From an uncultured Bdellovibrionales bacterium (lineage in GTDB: Bacteria; Patescibacteriota; Minisyncoccia; Moranbacterales; UBA9337), in contig CAZSCV010000001.1 of assembly GCA_964605525.1 (NCBI GenBank), forward strand, positions 82,424 to 146,423: a DNA stretch of 64,000 nucleotides, written 5' to 3'. Within the stretch, counting starts at the first letter, position 1, and the number at the start of each line of letters is the position of its first letter. Below, in pieces: positions 26,768 to 36,545 of the stretch. The notes beneath the pieces were generated by a model. The model was given only the letters and a program-made list of their open reading frames with translations, made no database searches and had not been told where the DNA came from. A program made the position numbers and the translations under genes.

Positions 26768-29700
26768 ATGGAAGAGAAAAAATTCAGTCGTGTTATCGTT
26801 GTTGCTCCAACTCGGAGCACCTGCCTAAACATTTCTATGGTGCTGTCCAACGGTGCTATCCCTCAGACTCTGCTTATGCGGGAAAAGAGGAAGGAGATTT
26901 TTGAGGCGGTGGATTGTTTAGAGCTGGGAGGTTTCGGCGTTGTTGCCGGAACAGGTACTGGTAAAACCGTCGCAATTCGCGACATTGCTAATCGAGTGCT
27001 TGGCGAAAATCTAAGTGTGGATGTCATTACTCGTGAACATGAGGCGACAGATCGCACTTGGCAGTGCAACACCTTGGTTGTAACACCAGGGGTTGCGTTG
27101 AATTGGTTTAAGTCGCATATCCTAAGTTCGGAAGATTTGCTGGTTTTCGATGAGATTCATCAGACTAGCGAGCATTTGGAGCTTACACTGGCGTTGGCCA
27201 AACGAGTTAGCTGTACATTCATTTGGATGTCAGCCACGATTGACCCATCGTTGTATTCTGATTATTTGGGAGCGGCGACGGTGATTGAGTGTTCGGCATT
27301 TGATCCGTCCAAGCGGGCGGAAGTTGAGTGTCGGCGAGATAACCCCGAGGATTTTTTTAGCGATGAGCGTCTCGATGATTTTATCGCCGGAGAACGAGCA
27401 GTTGCCGTTTTTGTTCCGACTAGGGCGATGGCAGAAAAGTTGTCGCGAGAGTATGGAAAAAAAGATGGACTCTACTGCTGCGATTTCTATCACGGTGGGG
27501 AGAAGGCTGAAAAACTTCGCCAATTTCTGAAGGGAGATGTTCCCAAACCGTTTATGGTTTTTATGACTATCGCTGGGGCATCATCTCTTAATATTCTCGG
27601 TTTGGACACGGTGGTTATCGCGGACGAGATGTATAAGGGAGTTGTTCATTCGGGTGTTTCCGTTTTGGAAAAAATCCGACTGGGCAACAATGAGTTGCTT
27701 CAGATGGGCGGACGAGTCAATGGACGAATGGAGAATTCGCGAGTGTATATTTTAACTTCGCGAGAGATTGATTTTCATTCGCTTCAGCCGATGGTTCCCG
27801 AGTTTGTGCTCGGCGGAGATCTTCGGCGAGTAGCATTAACTTGTGCTAAGCTGGGGGTTAATGCCAGCGATCTTGATTTGATTTCCAAAATTGAGACCAC
27901 AGTTTACAACACTGAAGTTCAGCGTTTCCGTAATCGTGGAATCATTGAGGTGGAGAGCGAAAGCTTGACGCCTTATGGAAAGAAAGTTGAGCGTCTGCCA
28001 GTAGACCCTGGCTGGGCGGAGTTGATAGTTAACGCTGAGCAAGTTGGTGACGAGATGTTAAATGTCGTCGCGACTTGTTCGTGTGCCGAGTCTCTCTACT
28101 TAATTCTTCGAAAATTTCCGAAACTTGAGGGGTTGGGTGTTAGCGGCAGTGATCATCTTACTGCTTATAACATCGTTGTTTCAGCTCTACGACAATTTGG
28201 ATTTGTCCAGAAGTCGAATGGCGGAACAGAGTATGGTTTTCGAGGCGACTGGGTCAAGAAGCATTTTGACAAAAAAATCGGTCAGTCCGAAAAATCAATG
28301 GGTGAGTTTGCCCAATGGTGCGATTTTATGGGTTTTAACAGCAAAGCAATCAAGGAGGTTGCAATCGCAATGAAATCCGTGTTTCGCCAGTTGGGTCAGA
28401 GTTTGCCCGATCCGATGGAGATGCAAGTAGTTAGTAATAACGACCATTTACATCTAGGTTTTATTGGTTTATTGGCACGTGTTCAGTCGCTGGATTTCGT
28501 TCACGATCAACAAAATTCCAAAGCCATGTCGGCTTACGGAACTGTTTGGTCCGCGCAAACTTCCATGACGCAAGCGCGCCGAGTTCTCGGCAAGATTCGT
28601 TATTGGACGGATAAGCGCGGGACTCGGAGAGCGACAATTGAGGGGACTGAGATTCCTGAAGATTTGGTCCCTCGGTATGGGCAAAAAACACCCCAGTGCG
28701 TGACGCGAGTCACAAACGAAGGTGTCGAAATCCAATATAGGCTGAGTTTTGCCGAAGAGGATTTGGGAACCAAGAATATCGTTGTTTCTGACGATGAGGT
28801 TCCTGAGGGTTTGCTGGGGCAGGCTGAAATGAAGTTTGTTGAAGCTTTTGCAAACAAACAACTCTCGGGGGTTGAGGTGGTTGTTGATAAAAACACTGAT
28901 GCTCGCAAGGAACACAACCACCTCTGGATTCGTTCTGGGGGAAGTTACAAGCGAGCTACTCTTGAGGATGAGCGAGAGGGGTATGCTAACGAAATCCTTG
29001 GGAAGGGGATTATTTCGGCTCAGTCTTTTGAGCAGGCACTTCGCAACGGCAGTGTCGATGCGAAGAATTTGCTTCTTGTTTCTGTTTCTGACAGCGAGCG
29101 AGAGTGGTTTGAGCGGGAAAATCCTGAGAGTATTGAGGTCGATGGTAAAAATTGTCTTGTTGAGTATGGGCAGATTTACCACGATACCTTTTTTGCTCGT
29201 GTTCGTTTTGAGAAAGAGTTTCTATTCTCAACTCAGATAAAAGAGGTTTTTTTACCATCAGGTCGGCAACTTGAGATCGCTTGCTCGGGTTGGTACGCGA
29301 TGACGGTTTCCGAGCTTGTCGCTAAACTATTGACCTCTGACTGCTCGGAAGAACTTCGGGTTCCGCAGACGGAACCATGGCAGAAGAAGACGGGGTACTG
29401 GGGTTGGTCTCTGACCGATCTCGGCAAGCAACTGAAGTCGGGGCTTGAGAAGCTCATTTGCGAGCATGCAGAAAAACCCAAAGCCGATGGAATGGCTGGA
29501 CGGATTGAAGCGCTTAAACAGGCGGTTGCCCTTCTCTATAAGGAATTGGCGGGACAGCAGGAAATTGTTGCGCGCAAAATATCCGAAACAGAAACCGAAC
29601 TTTTTGGCTTGATTGCCGAGGTGGCGGATTCCGGATTGGATTATTCCTTGCGTCGGCAGGTTTCCGATGGTGTCGAGAAAGCTCACAAGAGCGAGTATGG

Positions 29701-30181
29701 TGCCATTGACGAAATTTGTAAAACCTTGACCGAGATCGTTAAGAACGAGATTAATTCTTGGCGGGAACGGGAGGAAGAAAGGAGAAAGCAGTCAGAAGCT
29801 GACCGAGAGTGGGCAATATCGCAAAATCTGCCCGAATCATTGGTTAGCGAGGTTGTTGAGAGAGGCGATTTCTCGGCTCTGAAAAAATTCATTCAGAATG
29901 TTGACACGCTAAATGCAGTCGATCTCGACGAGCACACTTGCTTGGGTTGTGGACGAGACCGTCGTCGAAGCCATCTAGAAGAAATTTCAGGCTTGGATAG
30001 TTACGACTTTTTTCAGGGCTTTGACCCAAATGATGTCACTGTCTGGATCTGGAATCGGTTAGAAGGCAAACGACCGAAAATTTCTGCCGGAAAACCAAAA
30101 GAGAAGCGGCCAGTGGCTTCTAGCAAAGGTGAGTTTTCTAATAATCCTTTTGCCGCTCTTGCCAATTTGAAAGTTCGTTAA
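26768..30181 (+). CDS. Cassette 6: DEAH/RHA (HrpA/HrpB-like) SF2 helicase with long C-terminal extension
   Basis: GTGTGKT, DEIH, MSAT, VFVPTR, YHGG, QMGGRVNGR, LT.YG..LPVDP, SDHLT. Confidence 0.85.
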   Translation: MEEKKFSRVIVVAPTRSTCLNISMVLSNGAIPQTLLMREKRKEIFEAVDCLELGGFGVVAGTGTGKTVAIRDIANRVLGENLSVDVITREHEATDRTWQCNTLVVTPGVALNWFKSHILSSEDLLVFDEIHQTSEHLELTLALAKRVSCTFIWMSATIDPSLYSDYLGAATVIECSAFDPSKRAEVECRRDNPEDFFSDERLDDFIAGERAVAVFVPTRAMAEKLSREYGKKDGLYCCDFYHGGEKAEKLRQFLKGDVPKPFMVFMTIAGASSLNILGLDTVVIADEMYKGVVHSGVSVLEKIRLGNNELLQMGGRVNGRMENSRVYILTSREIDFHSLQPMVPEFVLGGDLRRVALTCAKLGVNASDLDLISKIETTVYNTEVQRFRNRGIIEVESESLTPYGKKVERLPVDPGWAELIVNAEQVGDEMLNVVATCSCAESLYLILRKFPKLEGLGVSGSDHLTAYNIVVSALRQFGFVQKSNGGTEYGFRGDWVKKHFDKKIGQSEKSMGEFAQWCDFMGFNSKAIKEVAIAMKSVFRQLGQSLPDPMEMQVVSNNDHLHLGFIGLLARVQSLDFVHDQQNSKAMSAYGTVWSAQTSMTQARRVLGKIRYWTDKRGTRRATIEGTEIPEDLVPRYGQKTPQCVTRVTNEGVEIQYRLSFAEEDLGTKNIVVSDDEVPEGLLGQAEMKFVEAFANKQLSGVEVVVDKNTDARKEHNHLWIRSGGSYKRATLEDEREGYANEILGKGIISAQSFEQALRNGSVDAKNLLLVSVSDSEREWFERENPESIEVDGKNCLVEYGQIYHDTFFARVRFEKEFLFSTQIKEVFLPSGRQLEIACSGWYAMTVSELVAKLLTSDCSEELRVPQTEPWQKKTGYWGWSLTDLGKQLKSGLEKLICEHAEKPKADGMAGRIEALKQAVALLYKELAGQQEIVARKISETETELFGLIAEVADSGLDYSLRRQVSDGVEKAHKSEYGAIDEICKTLTEIVKNEINSWREREEERRKQSEADREWAISQNLPESLVSEVVERGDFSALKKFIQNVDTLNAVDLDEHTCLGCGRDRRRSHLEEISGLDSYDFFQGFDPNDVTVWIWNRLEGKRPKISAGKPKEKRPVASSKGEFSNNPFAALANLKVR

Positions 30182-30485
30182 AATTCTTACCCCCGTACGG
30201 GTGATACAAATTTAGTTCTTTGTTTAAAAGTTCAAAACTGTGGTTCGAAATTGTGCGGAATTTCGGACCCTATTATTGAAACCTTGATTTCCGATTATTT
30301 GAAAATCGAAGTTTCATTGTAGAAAAAGTTCTTTGAAATAAAACATTTCCTATCCAACGCTTAGTTTTTAAGTTTTTTTGAAAATTGGGTGTTGGATTGG
30401 GAAAATATATCAAAGTTCTGACTGCCATGGTGGCGGTTGGGAGAAAAATTTGAGCCCTGTCGAGAGATGGGGCGAGGAGGAGAAA
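30182..30485 (+). repeat. Inter-cassette repeat R6 (full)
   Basis: All modules present; first ~140 bp near-identical to R7. Confidence 0.9.
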
Positions 30486-31532
30486 ATGGAGATGGAAATG
30501 TATGCAATCATTTTATGTGGAGGATCGGGAACGAGGCTTTGGCCGCTCAGCCGGGAAAAAACTCCGAAGCAATTTTTGAGCTTGTACAGTAAAATGTCCC
30601 TTCTGCAGGAAACTTTTTTGCGGATGCGGGAAATAATGCCGGCAGAGAATATTTTTTTCAGCACTTACGGAAAAGTGTCTGCCGAAAAGGTGTTTGAGCA
30701 AATAGTGCAGGTGGGAAAAAATATTGACAGGCGACAAATCATTCTTGAGCCGAAAAAACTCAATACTGCCCCGGCTATTGCTGCCGCTGTTCGTTACTTG
30801 AGACGGAAAATAAAGATAGACGACGCTCCAATCATTGCTACTCCCTCAGATTATTATATTGGCGATAAAGAGGAGTATTTAAGGGTGGTAAAAATGGCCG
30901 CGGAAAACGTGGGTGATAATATTGGAACTATTGGCATTGTTCCAACGGGACCGGAAACCGGGTATGGATATATAAAGAAGGGGAAAAAAGAAGGAGAGTA
31001 TTTTTATGCTGCGGAATTTAAAGAAAAACCTGATAAAAATACCGCATTAAAATATGTTCAGTCCGGCGAGTATGTTTGGAATTCTGGAATGTATATCTTC
31101 AATATCGGAACATTTTTCAATGAGTTGGAGAAATATGCTCCGGAAATTTACAAAGCGACTAAAATTGAAAAAAGCGAAGATTTTTCAATTGAATTCCAGA
31201 AACTTCCGTCGATTTCAATTGATTATACTATTTCAGAAAAATCCGACAAAGTTATCGTCTTTGAGGGCGAATTCGGCTGGAGCGATATTGGATCCTTCGA
31301 TAGCCTGTCAGAAATTTTGGCAGGAAATCAAAACAAAAATCGACGACATGTTGTCGTCGGCGGGGAGAACGTTTTCATTCACAGTAGTACCCAAGGGAAG
31401 ATTATTGCGGTGGTAGGAGTGAGTGATCTGATTGTGGTTGAAGCTGGCGATGCAATTTTGATCGCCAGAAAAGGCCACAGTGAGGATGTAAAGACCGTTG
31501 TGGAATTTTTGAAAAAGGAGAATATCTATTAA
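30486..31532 (+). CDS. manC: Cassette 7: mannose-1-phosphate guanylyltransferase
   Basis: LCGGSGTRLWPLSR..PKQF, ETGYGYI, FKEKP, WNSGM, GWSDIGS. Confidence 0.93.
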   Translation: MEMEMYAIILCGGSGTRLWPLSREKTPKQFLSLYSKMSLLQETFLRMREIMPAENIFFSTYGKVSAEKVFEQIVQVGKNIDRRQIILEPKKLNTAPAIAAAVRYLRRKIKIDDAPIIATPSDYYIGDKEEYLRVVKMAAENVGDNIGTIGIVPTGPETGYGYIKKGKKEGEYFYAAEFKEKPDKNTALKYVQSGEYVWNSGMYIFNIGTFFNELEKYAPEIYKATKIEKSEDFSIEFQKLPSISIDYTISEKSDKVIVFEGEFGWSDIGSFDSLSEILAGNQNKNRRHVVVGGENVFIHSSTQGKIIAVVGVSDLIVVEAGDAILIARKGHSEDVKTVVEFLKKENIY

Positions 31533-31539
31533 GCGAAGA

Positions 31540-31692
31540 TATTCTCACCTCCGCACGGGTGATACAAATTTAGTTCCTTGTTTAAAAGTTTAAAAACTGT
31601 GGTTCGAAATTGTGCGGAATTTCGGACCCTATTATTGAAACTTTGATTTCCAATGATTTGAAAATCGAAGTTTCATTGTAGGAGTTTTTTTT
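31540..31692 (+). repeat. Terminal repeat R7 (5' modules only)
   Basis: Direct repeat of 30182-30325; boxA-like motif degenerate. Confidence 0.85.
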
Positions 31693-31918
31693 AAAATCAA
31701 TAAAGTTTCGCAAAGTGGGAAAAAGCGAAGATTTTTTCAGATCTCTCTCCTGAAATATTTTTTCTTTCCGCTAAATGCTTTGCGAAACTTTGTTGATTTT
31801 TTGTTTTTCTTTTTCTTTATGGTATAATTTTAACAATAAGAAAAAATATTTTTTTAAAAAATTGCACCTTTCTGTTTAATTGTGAGAAGTAAGAAAATAA
31901 ACAAAAATAAAAAATCAA

Positions 31919-32863
31919 ATGAAAATTGTTAATGATTTGAATATTAGAAAGCAGGCAGATGAGTTGGGCGTGAGTATTTGGCAGGCACCGAGCTTTCTTT
32001 TTTTGTTGATGGGCATTATCGTAATTGCCGCGATGACGATAGTTTATTTTGCTTCAATGAATTACGGTTCGCCGGAGATTTTGATTTTCAGCGAGTTTGC
32101 CGTGGTGGTTGTGATTTTTACTATCGGAACTTTTATTATTCGAAATGTCGAGTATATGGCGGCGGCCAACAAAACCAAATCCGAATTTATTTCAATGGCA
32201 TCCCACCAACTCAAAACTCCGATTGCCGAATTGAGTTGGGCATCTGAACTTCTAATATCGAAATATAACAAAGGATTGGGGAAAAAACAGCTTGATCTTA
32301 TCGGGGAAATTTCCAAAGCGAACGCGCACATGTCGCGTTTGGTCGGAGATTTGCTGGATGTTGCCAGGCTTGATCGAGGGGCGCTTCTTTTGGCACAGGA
32401 CAAAATTAATATCGCAAAAATTGTAAAAGAAGTTTATGAAGCCGATCTTCCTTTGGCGACAGCAATGGGAGTGAAAGTGGATGTGATAATTCCCGGAAGT
32501 TTGCCGGAAATCACTGCAGACAAAAGAAGGATAAAAGTGGCGATTGATAATCTTATTTCCAATGCAATCAAATATACGGCAGATGGAGGATATGTTGAGG
32601 TTCGCTTGGAGAAGGATGGTGATAAAATTAATTTTTGCGTAAAAGACAATGGAATCGGAATTCCGGAAAAACAGCAAGATAAGGTTTTTGAGAAATTTTT
32701 TCGCAGCGATAATTCCGCCAAATATAAAATTGAAGGAACTGGACTAGGGCTGTATATTGTGAAAAATTATGTTGAACAATCAGGCGGAAAAATCTGGTTC
32801 AAGTCAATTGAGAATGTGGGATCCAGTTTCTGTTTTTCTCTGCCAATAATAAATAAGAAATAA
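31919..32863 (+). CDS. Membrane sensor histidine kinase
   Basis: Two TM helices, ASHQLKTP H-box, NLISNAIKY, DNGIG, GTGLGL. Confidence 0.93.
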   Translation: MKIVNDLNIRKQADELGVSIWQAPSFLFLLMGIIVIAAMTIVYFASMNYGSPEILIFSEFAVVVVIFTIGTFIIRNVEYMAAANKTKSEFISMASHQLKTPIAELSWASELLISKYNKGLGKKQLDLIGEISKANAHMSRLVGDLLDVARLDRGALLLAQDKINIAKIVKEVYEADLPLATAMGVKVDVIIPGSLPEITADKRRIKVAIDNLISNAIKYTADGGYVEVRLEKDGDKINFCVKDNGIGIPEKQQDKVFEKFFRSDNSAKYKIEGTGLGLYIVKNYVEQSGGKIWFKSIENVGSSFCFSLPIINKK

Positions 32864-33031
32864 ATTATTAAGTAAACAAGCTCAGGATTTGCGCGCTTGA
32901 AAAACATTCGTCCGGTTTTTCGAAAAAATATCATTTTCTCCGGTCCTTTCGAGGGACACGGACAGCTACGAAAATAATATTTTTTCGGAAAACCTAATAC
33001 TTTTTGTCGAAGCGCGTAAATCATAAAAAAT

Positions 33032-33409
33032 ATGGAAAAGAAAAAAAAGATTGTAATTATTGAAGATGAAGTTATTTTGCGGGAAACATTGCAGGATTTT
33101 CTTGAGAAAGAAGATTTTGAAGTTGATTCGGCGGCTGATGGAGAGGTTGGAGTGGAAATGGTTATGCGCAAAAATCCGGATTTGGTTCTTTTGGATATAA
33201 TTTTGCCTAAAAAAAACGGATATGATGTTATTTCTGAACTCCGTGAAAATCAATCGACAAAAGACGTTCCGATAATTTTGCTTACAAATTTGGGAAGCAT
33301 TAAGGATATCGAAAAAGCATTGGCGCTGGGAGCAACTACTTATTTGGTTAAGGCGGATTATCAATTAAAAGAAATTGTGGAAAAAATAAAAGGAATTTTG
33401 GGAATGTAA
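33032..33409 (+). CDS. Single-domain response regulator
   Basis: IIEDE, LLDIILP, LTN, YLVK receiver motifs. Confidence 0.93.
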   Translation: MEKKKKIVIIEDEVILRETLQDFLEKEDFEVDSAADGEVGVEMVMRKNPDLVLLDIILPKKNGYDVISELRENQSTKDVPIILLTNLGSIKDIEKALALGATTYLVKADYQLKEIVEKIKGILGM

Positions 33410-33451
33410 TGTAGATGTTTTCGCGTTCGATTAGCGACCAGTAAAATAAAA

Positions 33452-35224
33452 ATGAAAATCGAAAACAAACAACTGAGGGATTTTCTGCTAGATACGGATA
33501 TTGTTAAAAAAGAATCCCTGGAAAAGCTTTTTGAAGAAGCTGAGAAAACCAGTAAACCGCTGGGGGATTTGTTGTTGGAAAAAAAAATGATTGATGAAAA
33601 TGAATTACGAAAACTTTTTTCGTATATTCTCGGAATACCTTTTGTGGATTTGTCAAAGGAGATGATCTCTTCAGATATTTTGCAAATTATTCCGGAGCCT
33701 ATTGCCAAAAAATATAACATTGTCGCCTTTGAAAAAAAAGGCAATGAGTTGAAAGTGGCAATGATCAATCCTGAAGATATCCAAACTATCGATTTTATTC
33801 GAAAAAAAACCGGATTGAAAATCGTACCCTGTTTGTCAACGCAAGAAAGTATCAAATCGGTTATTCGGCAATACGAGAAAAGTTTGAAAGCGGAATTTGG
33901 AGATATTATTGATAAAAATGCTGAGCGAATGACAACCGAAAGTCAAGGTGGAAATGAAGCGGAAAACGGAAAAGAAGATTTGGAGAAAATGGCGCAGGGT
34001 CTGCCGGTAATTCGCGTTGTTGATACTTTGCTTAAGCACGCGATTTTGCAGTCAGCCAGTGATATTCATATTGAGCCGGACGAGAAAGAAGTTATTGTCC
34101 GTTATCGGATTGATGGAATTTTGCATGATGCAATGATTTTGCCAAAACAGGTTTTACCCGGTATTGTGGCAAGAATAAAAGTATTGTCAAACTTAAAGCT
34201 TGATGAGCACCGATTGCCTCAAGACGGACGGTTTAAGATTGTTAAGGATGAATATAAAATTTCTTTTCGCGTAAGTATTTTACCTGTATTTGACGGAGAA
34301 AAAATAGTGATGCGTCTTTTGGATGAAACATCAAAAGGTTTAACGCTTGAAAAAATGGGCCTTCAGGGGCGGTCGCTGGAAATTATTCACAGAGAAATTA
34401 CAAAACCAAACGGAATGATTTTGGTTACCGGTCCGACCGGAAGCGGAAAAACTACAACATTGTATACTATAATGGATATTATCAATGTTCCGGGAGTTAA
34501 TATTAGTACTGTTGAGGATCCGGTTGAATATCGAATGCCGAGAGTAAATCAAACGCAAGTTAATCCGAAAATCGGACTTACTTTTGCAGCATGCTTGCGG
34601 GCCCTGCTTCGCCAAGATCCGGATATTATTATGGTTGGGGAAATTCGAGATGAAGAAACGATGGAAATCGCTTTGCACGCCGCAATGACTGGACATCTGG
34701 TTTTGTCAACGTTGCATACCAATAGCGCTGCCGGAGCTTTGCCTCGTCTTCTTGATATGGGAGCGGAACATTTCTTGGTTGCATCAACTGTTAATGTTGT
34801 TGCGGCTCAGCGCTTGGTTCGAAAATTGTGCAATGAGTGCAAAGTTGAATATAAGATTGATAAAAAAGGAATCAAGGTTTTGGATGAAAGTTTCAATACG
34901 AAAGAAGTTTTGGAATATTTGAAGGTTTGCGAACAAACAAAAGGATTGGTAAAAAAAGATGACCAATGGGATGATATTCGCTTGTATAAAGCAAAAGGAT
35001 GCGACCAATGCAATAACGAAGGATATCACGGAAGAGTCGGAATTTATGAAGTTTTGGATATTGATCCCGATATTGAAAAATTAATTACTCAGTCCGCATC
35101 AACTGAATCAATCGAAGCAAAAGCCAAAGAAAATGGAATGTCGACAATGATTGAGGACGGTTTATCTAAGGCGGTGCAAGGACTTACGACAATTGAAGAA
35201 GTTTTAAGGGTGACAAGAGAATAA
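33452..35224 (+). CDS. pilB: Type IV pilus assembly ATPase PilB/GspE
   Basis: ASDIHIEP, GPTGSGKT, EDPVEY, LRQDPD, STLHTN, zinc motifs. Confidence 0.93.
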   Translation: MKIENKQLRDFLLDTDIVKKESLEKLFEEAEKTSKPLGDLLLEKKMIDENELRKLFSYILGIPFVDLSKEMISSDILQIIPEPIAKKYNIVAFEKKGNELKVAMINPEDIQTIDFIRKKTGLKIVPCLSTQESIKSVIRQYEKSLKAEFGDIIDKNAERMTTESQGGNEAENGKEDLEKMAQGLPVIRVVDTLLKHAILQSASDIHIEPDEKEVIVRYRIDGILHDAMILPKQVLPGIVARIKVLSNLKLDEHRLPQDGRFKIVKDEYKISFRVSILPVFDGEKIVMRLLDETSKGLTLEKMGLQGRSLEIIHREITKPNGMILVTGPTGSGKTTTLYTIMDIINVPGVNISTVEDPVEYRMPRVNQTQVNPKIGLTFAACLRALLRQDPDIIMVGEIRDEETMEIALHAAMTGHLVLSTLHTNSAAGALPRLLDMGAEHFLVASTVNVVAAQRLVRKLCNECKVEYKIDKKGIKVLDESFNTKEVLEYLKVCEQTKGLVKKDDQWDDIRLYKAKGCDQCNNEGYHGRVGIYEVLDIDPDIEKLITQSASTESIEAKAKENGMSTMIEDGLSKAVQGLTTIEEVLRVTRE

Positions 35225-35264
35225 TTTTTTTGAGCAGATTAGAAATTTTTGTATTTAAAATAGT

Positions 35265-36485
35265 ATGTCAAAGTTTGCTTATACCGCCAAAAGCGCCGAT
35301 GGAAATTCAAAAGGAGGAGAGATTTCGGCAAAGGATGAAAAATCAGCCGCGCAACAGTTGCGAGCTGAAGGTTTTTTGATTACCTCGATTCGGCCGATGG
35401 AAGATGAAAAAAAGAGCGTCGAAGTGCGGTTCTTGGATCAATTTACGAATGTTTCATTGAAAGAGAAAATGATTTTTGCGAGAAATTTAAGCGTTATGAT
35501 TGCATCCGGGCTGACTGTTTCGCGGGCAATCAATAATCTGGCAGCCCAGGTCGAGAGTAAGAAATTCAAATCAATTTTGAAGGATATATTTAATGAGATT
35601 CAAGGAGGTGTCGGTCTTAGTGATTCTTTGGCAAAATATCCGCGAGTTTTCGATGATCTTTTTGTAAATATGGTGAGAGTTGGAGAAATTGGCGGAAATT
35701 TGGAGGAAGTTTTGGGAATAATTGCCACCCAATTAGAAAAAGAACATGACTTGCGGGGAAAAGTTATCGGAGCCTTGATTTATCCGGCGGTTATTTTGGT
35801 AGCAATGCTGGGTATTGGAGTTTTGATGCTTACATTTATTTTGCCAAAAATTTTGGGAGTATTTGCCGATATGAACGTGGTTCTTCCTCCCGCAACCAGA
35901 TTTGTCATCGCGCTTAGCGGATTTTTTACTAATCACTATGTGATTGTTTTTGGAATAACACTTTTTTTGATAGTTGGAACAAAAATTTTTCTGCAAACAG
36001 AACTTGGAAAAAAAACAATTGGTTTTCTGTTGATAAAAACTCCGGCAATAAGAAATATTGCCATAAAAGTAAATTGCGCAAGATTTTCCAGAATATACAG
36101 CTCGCTTCTTAAGAGTGGAGTTTCTTCAATTGACGGATTAAATATTGTTGCCAATACATTGGGAAATTTTTATTACAAAAGGGCTATCAGAGAAGGAATT
36201 GAGGAAATTCAAAGAGGTGTGGCTCTCAGCGTGGTTATTTCAAAAAATGGTATGATTTTTCCGGTGTTGGTTTCTCAAATGATGGAAGTTGGAGAAGAAA
36301 CAGGAAAAACTGATGAAATGCTTGTAAAAATAGCGGAATTTTATGAAGAAGAAGTTAATCAATTGACAAAAAATCTTTCATCTATTATTGAGCCGATATT
36401 GATGATTTTTATTGGAAGCGCCGTAGGGCTTTTCGCGGTTTCGATGCTTCAGCCGATGTATAGCCTGATGGATAATATTAAATAA
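35265..36485 (+). CDS. pilC: Type IV pilus platform protein PilC/GspF
   Basis: Two T2SSF domains, GE..GNL, ALIYP, IEP motifs. Confidence 0.93.
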   Translation: MSKFAYTAKSADGNSKGGEISAKDEKSAAQQLRAEGFLITSIRPMEDEKKSVEVRFLDQFTNVSLKEKMIFARNLSVMIASGLTVSRAINNLAAQVESKKFKSILKDIFNEIQGGVGLSDSLAKYPRVFDDLFVNMVRVGEIGGNLEEVLGIIATQLEKEHDLRGKVIGALIYPAVILVAMLGIGVLMLTFILPKILGVFADMNVVLPPATRFVIALSGFFTNHYVIVFGITLFLIVGTKIFLQTELGKKTIGFLLIKTPAIRNIAIKVNCARFSRIYSSLLKSGVSSIDGLNIVANTLGNFYYKRAIREGIEEIQRGVALSVVISKNGMIFPVLVSQMMEVGEETGKTDEMLVKIAEFYEEEVNQLTKNLSSIIEPILMIFIGSAVGLFAVSMLQPMYSLMDNIK

Positions 36486-36545
36486 TAAAAATAGTAGAAG
36501 CAAAGTTTTTTATTATACGCAAAGTTAATTTTTTTCGCAATATTG

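Noticed and set aside
26768-30181. Cas3 helicase
   Set aside because: No HD nuclease motifs; post-helicase motifs are HrpA/RHA-type; no Cascade genes
23641-31692. Canonical integron or CALIN
   Set aside because: Repeats lack RYYYAAC/GTTRRRY ends and contain multiple hairpins and an RBS; no tyrosine integrase in the window. Retained only as integron-like
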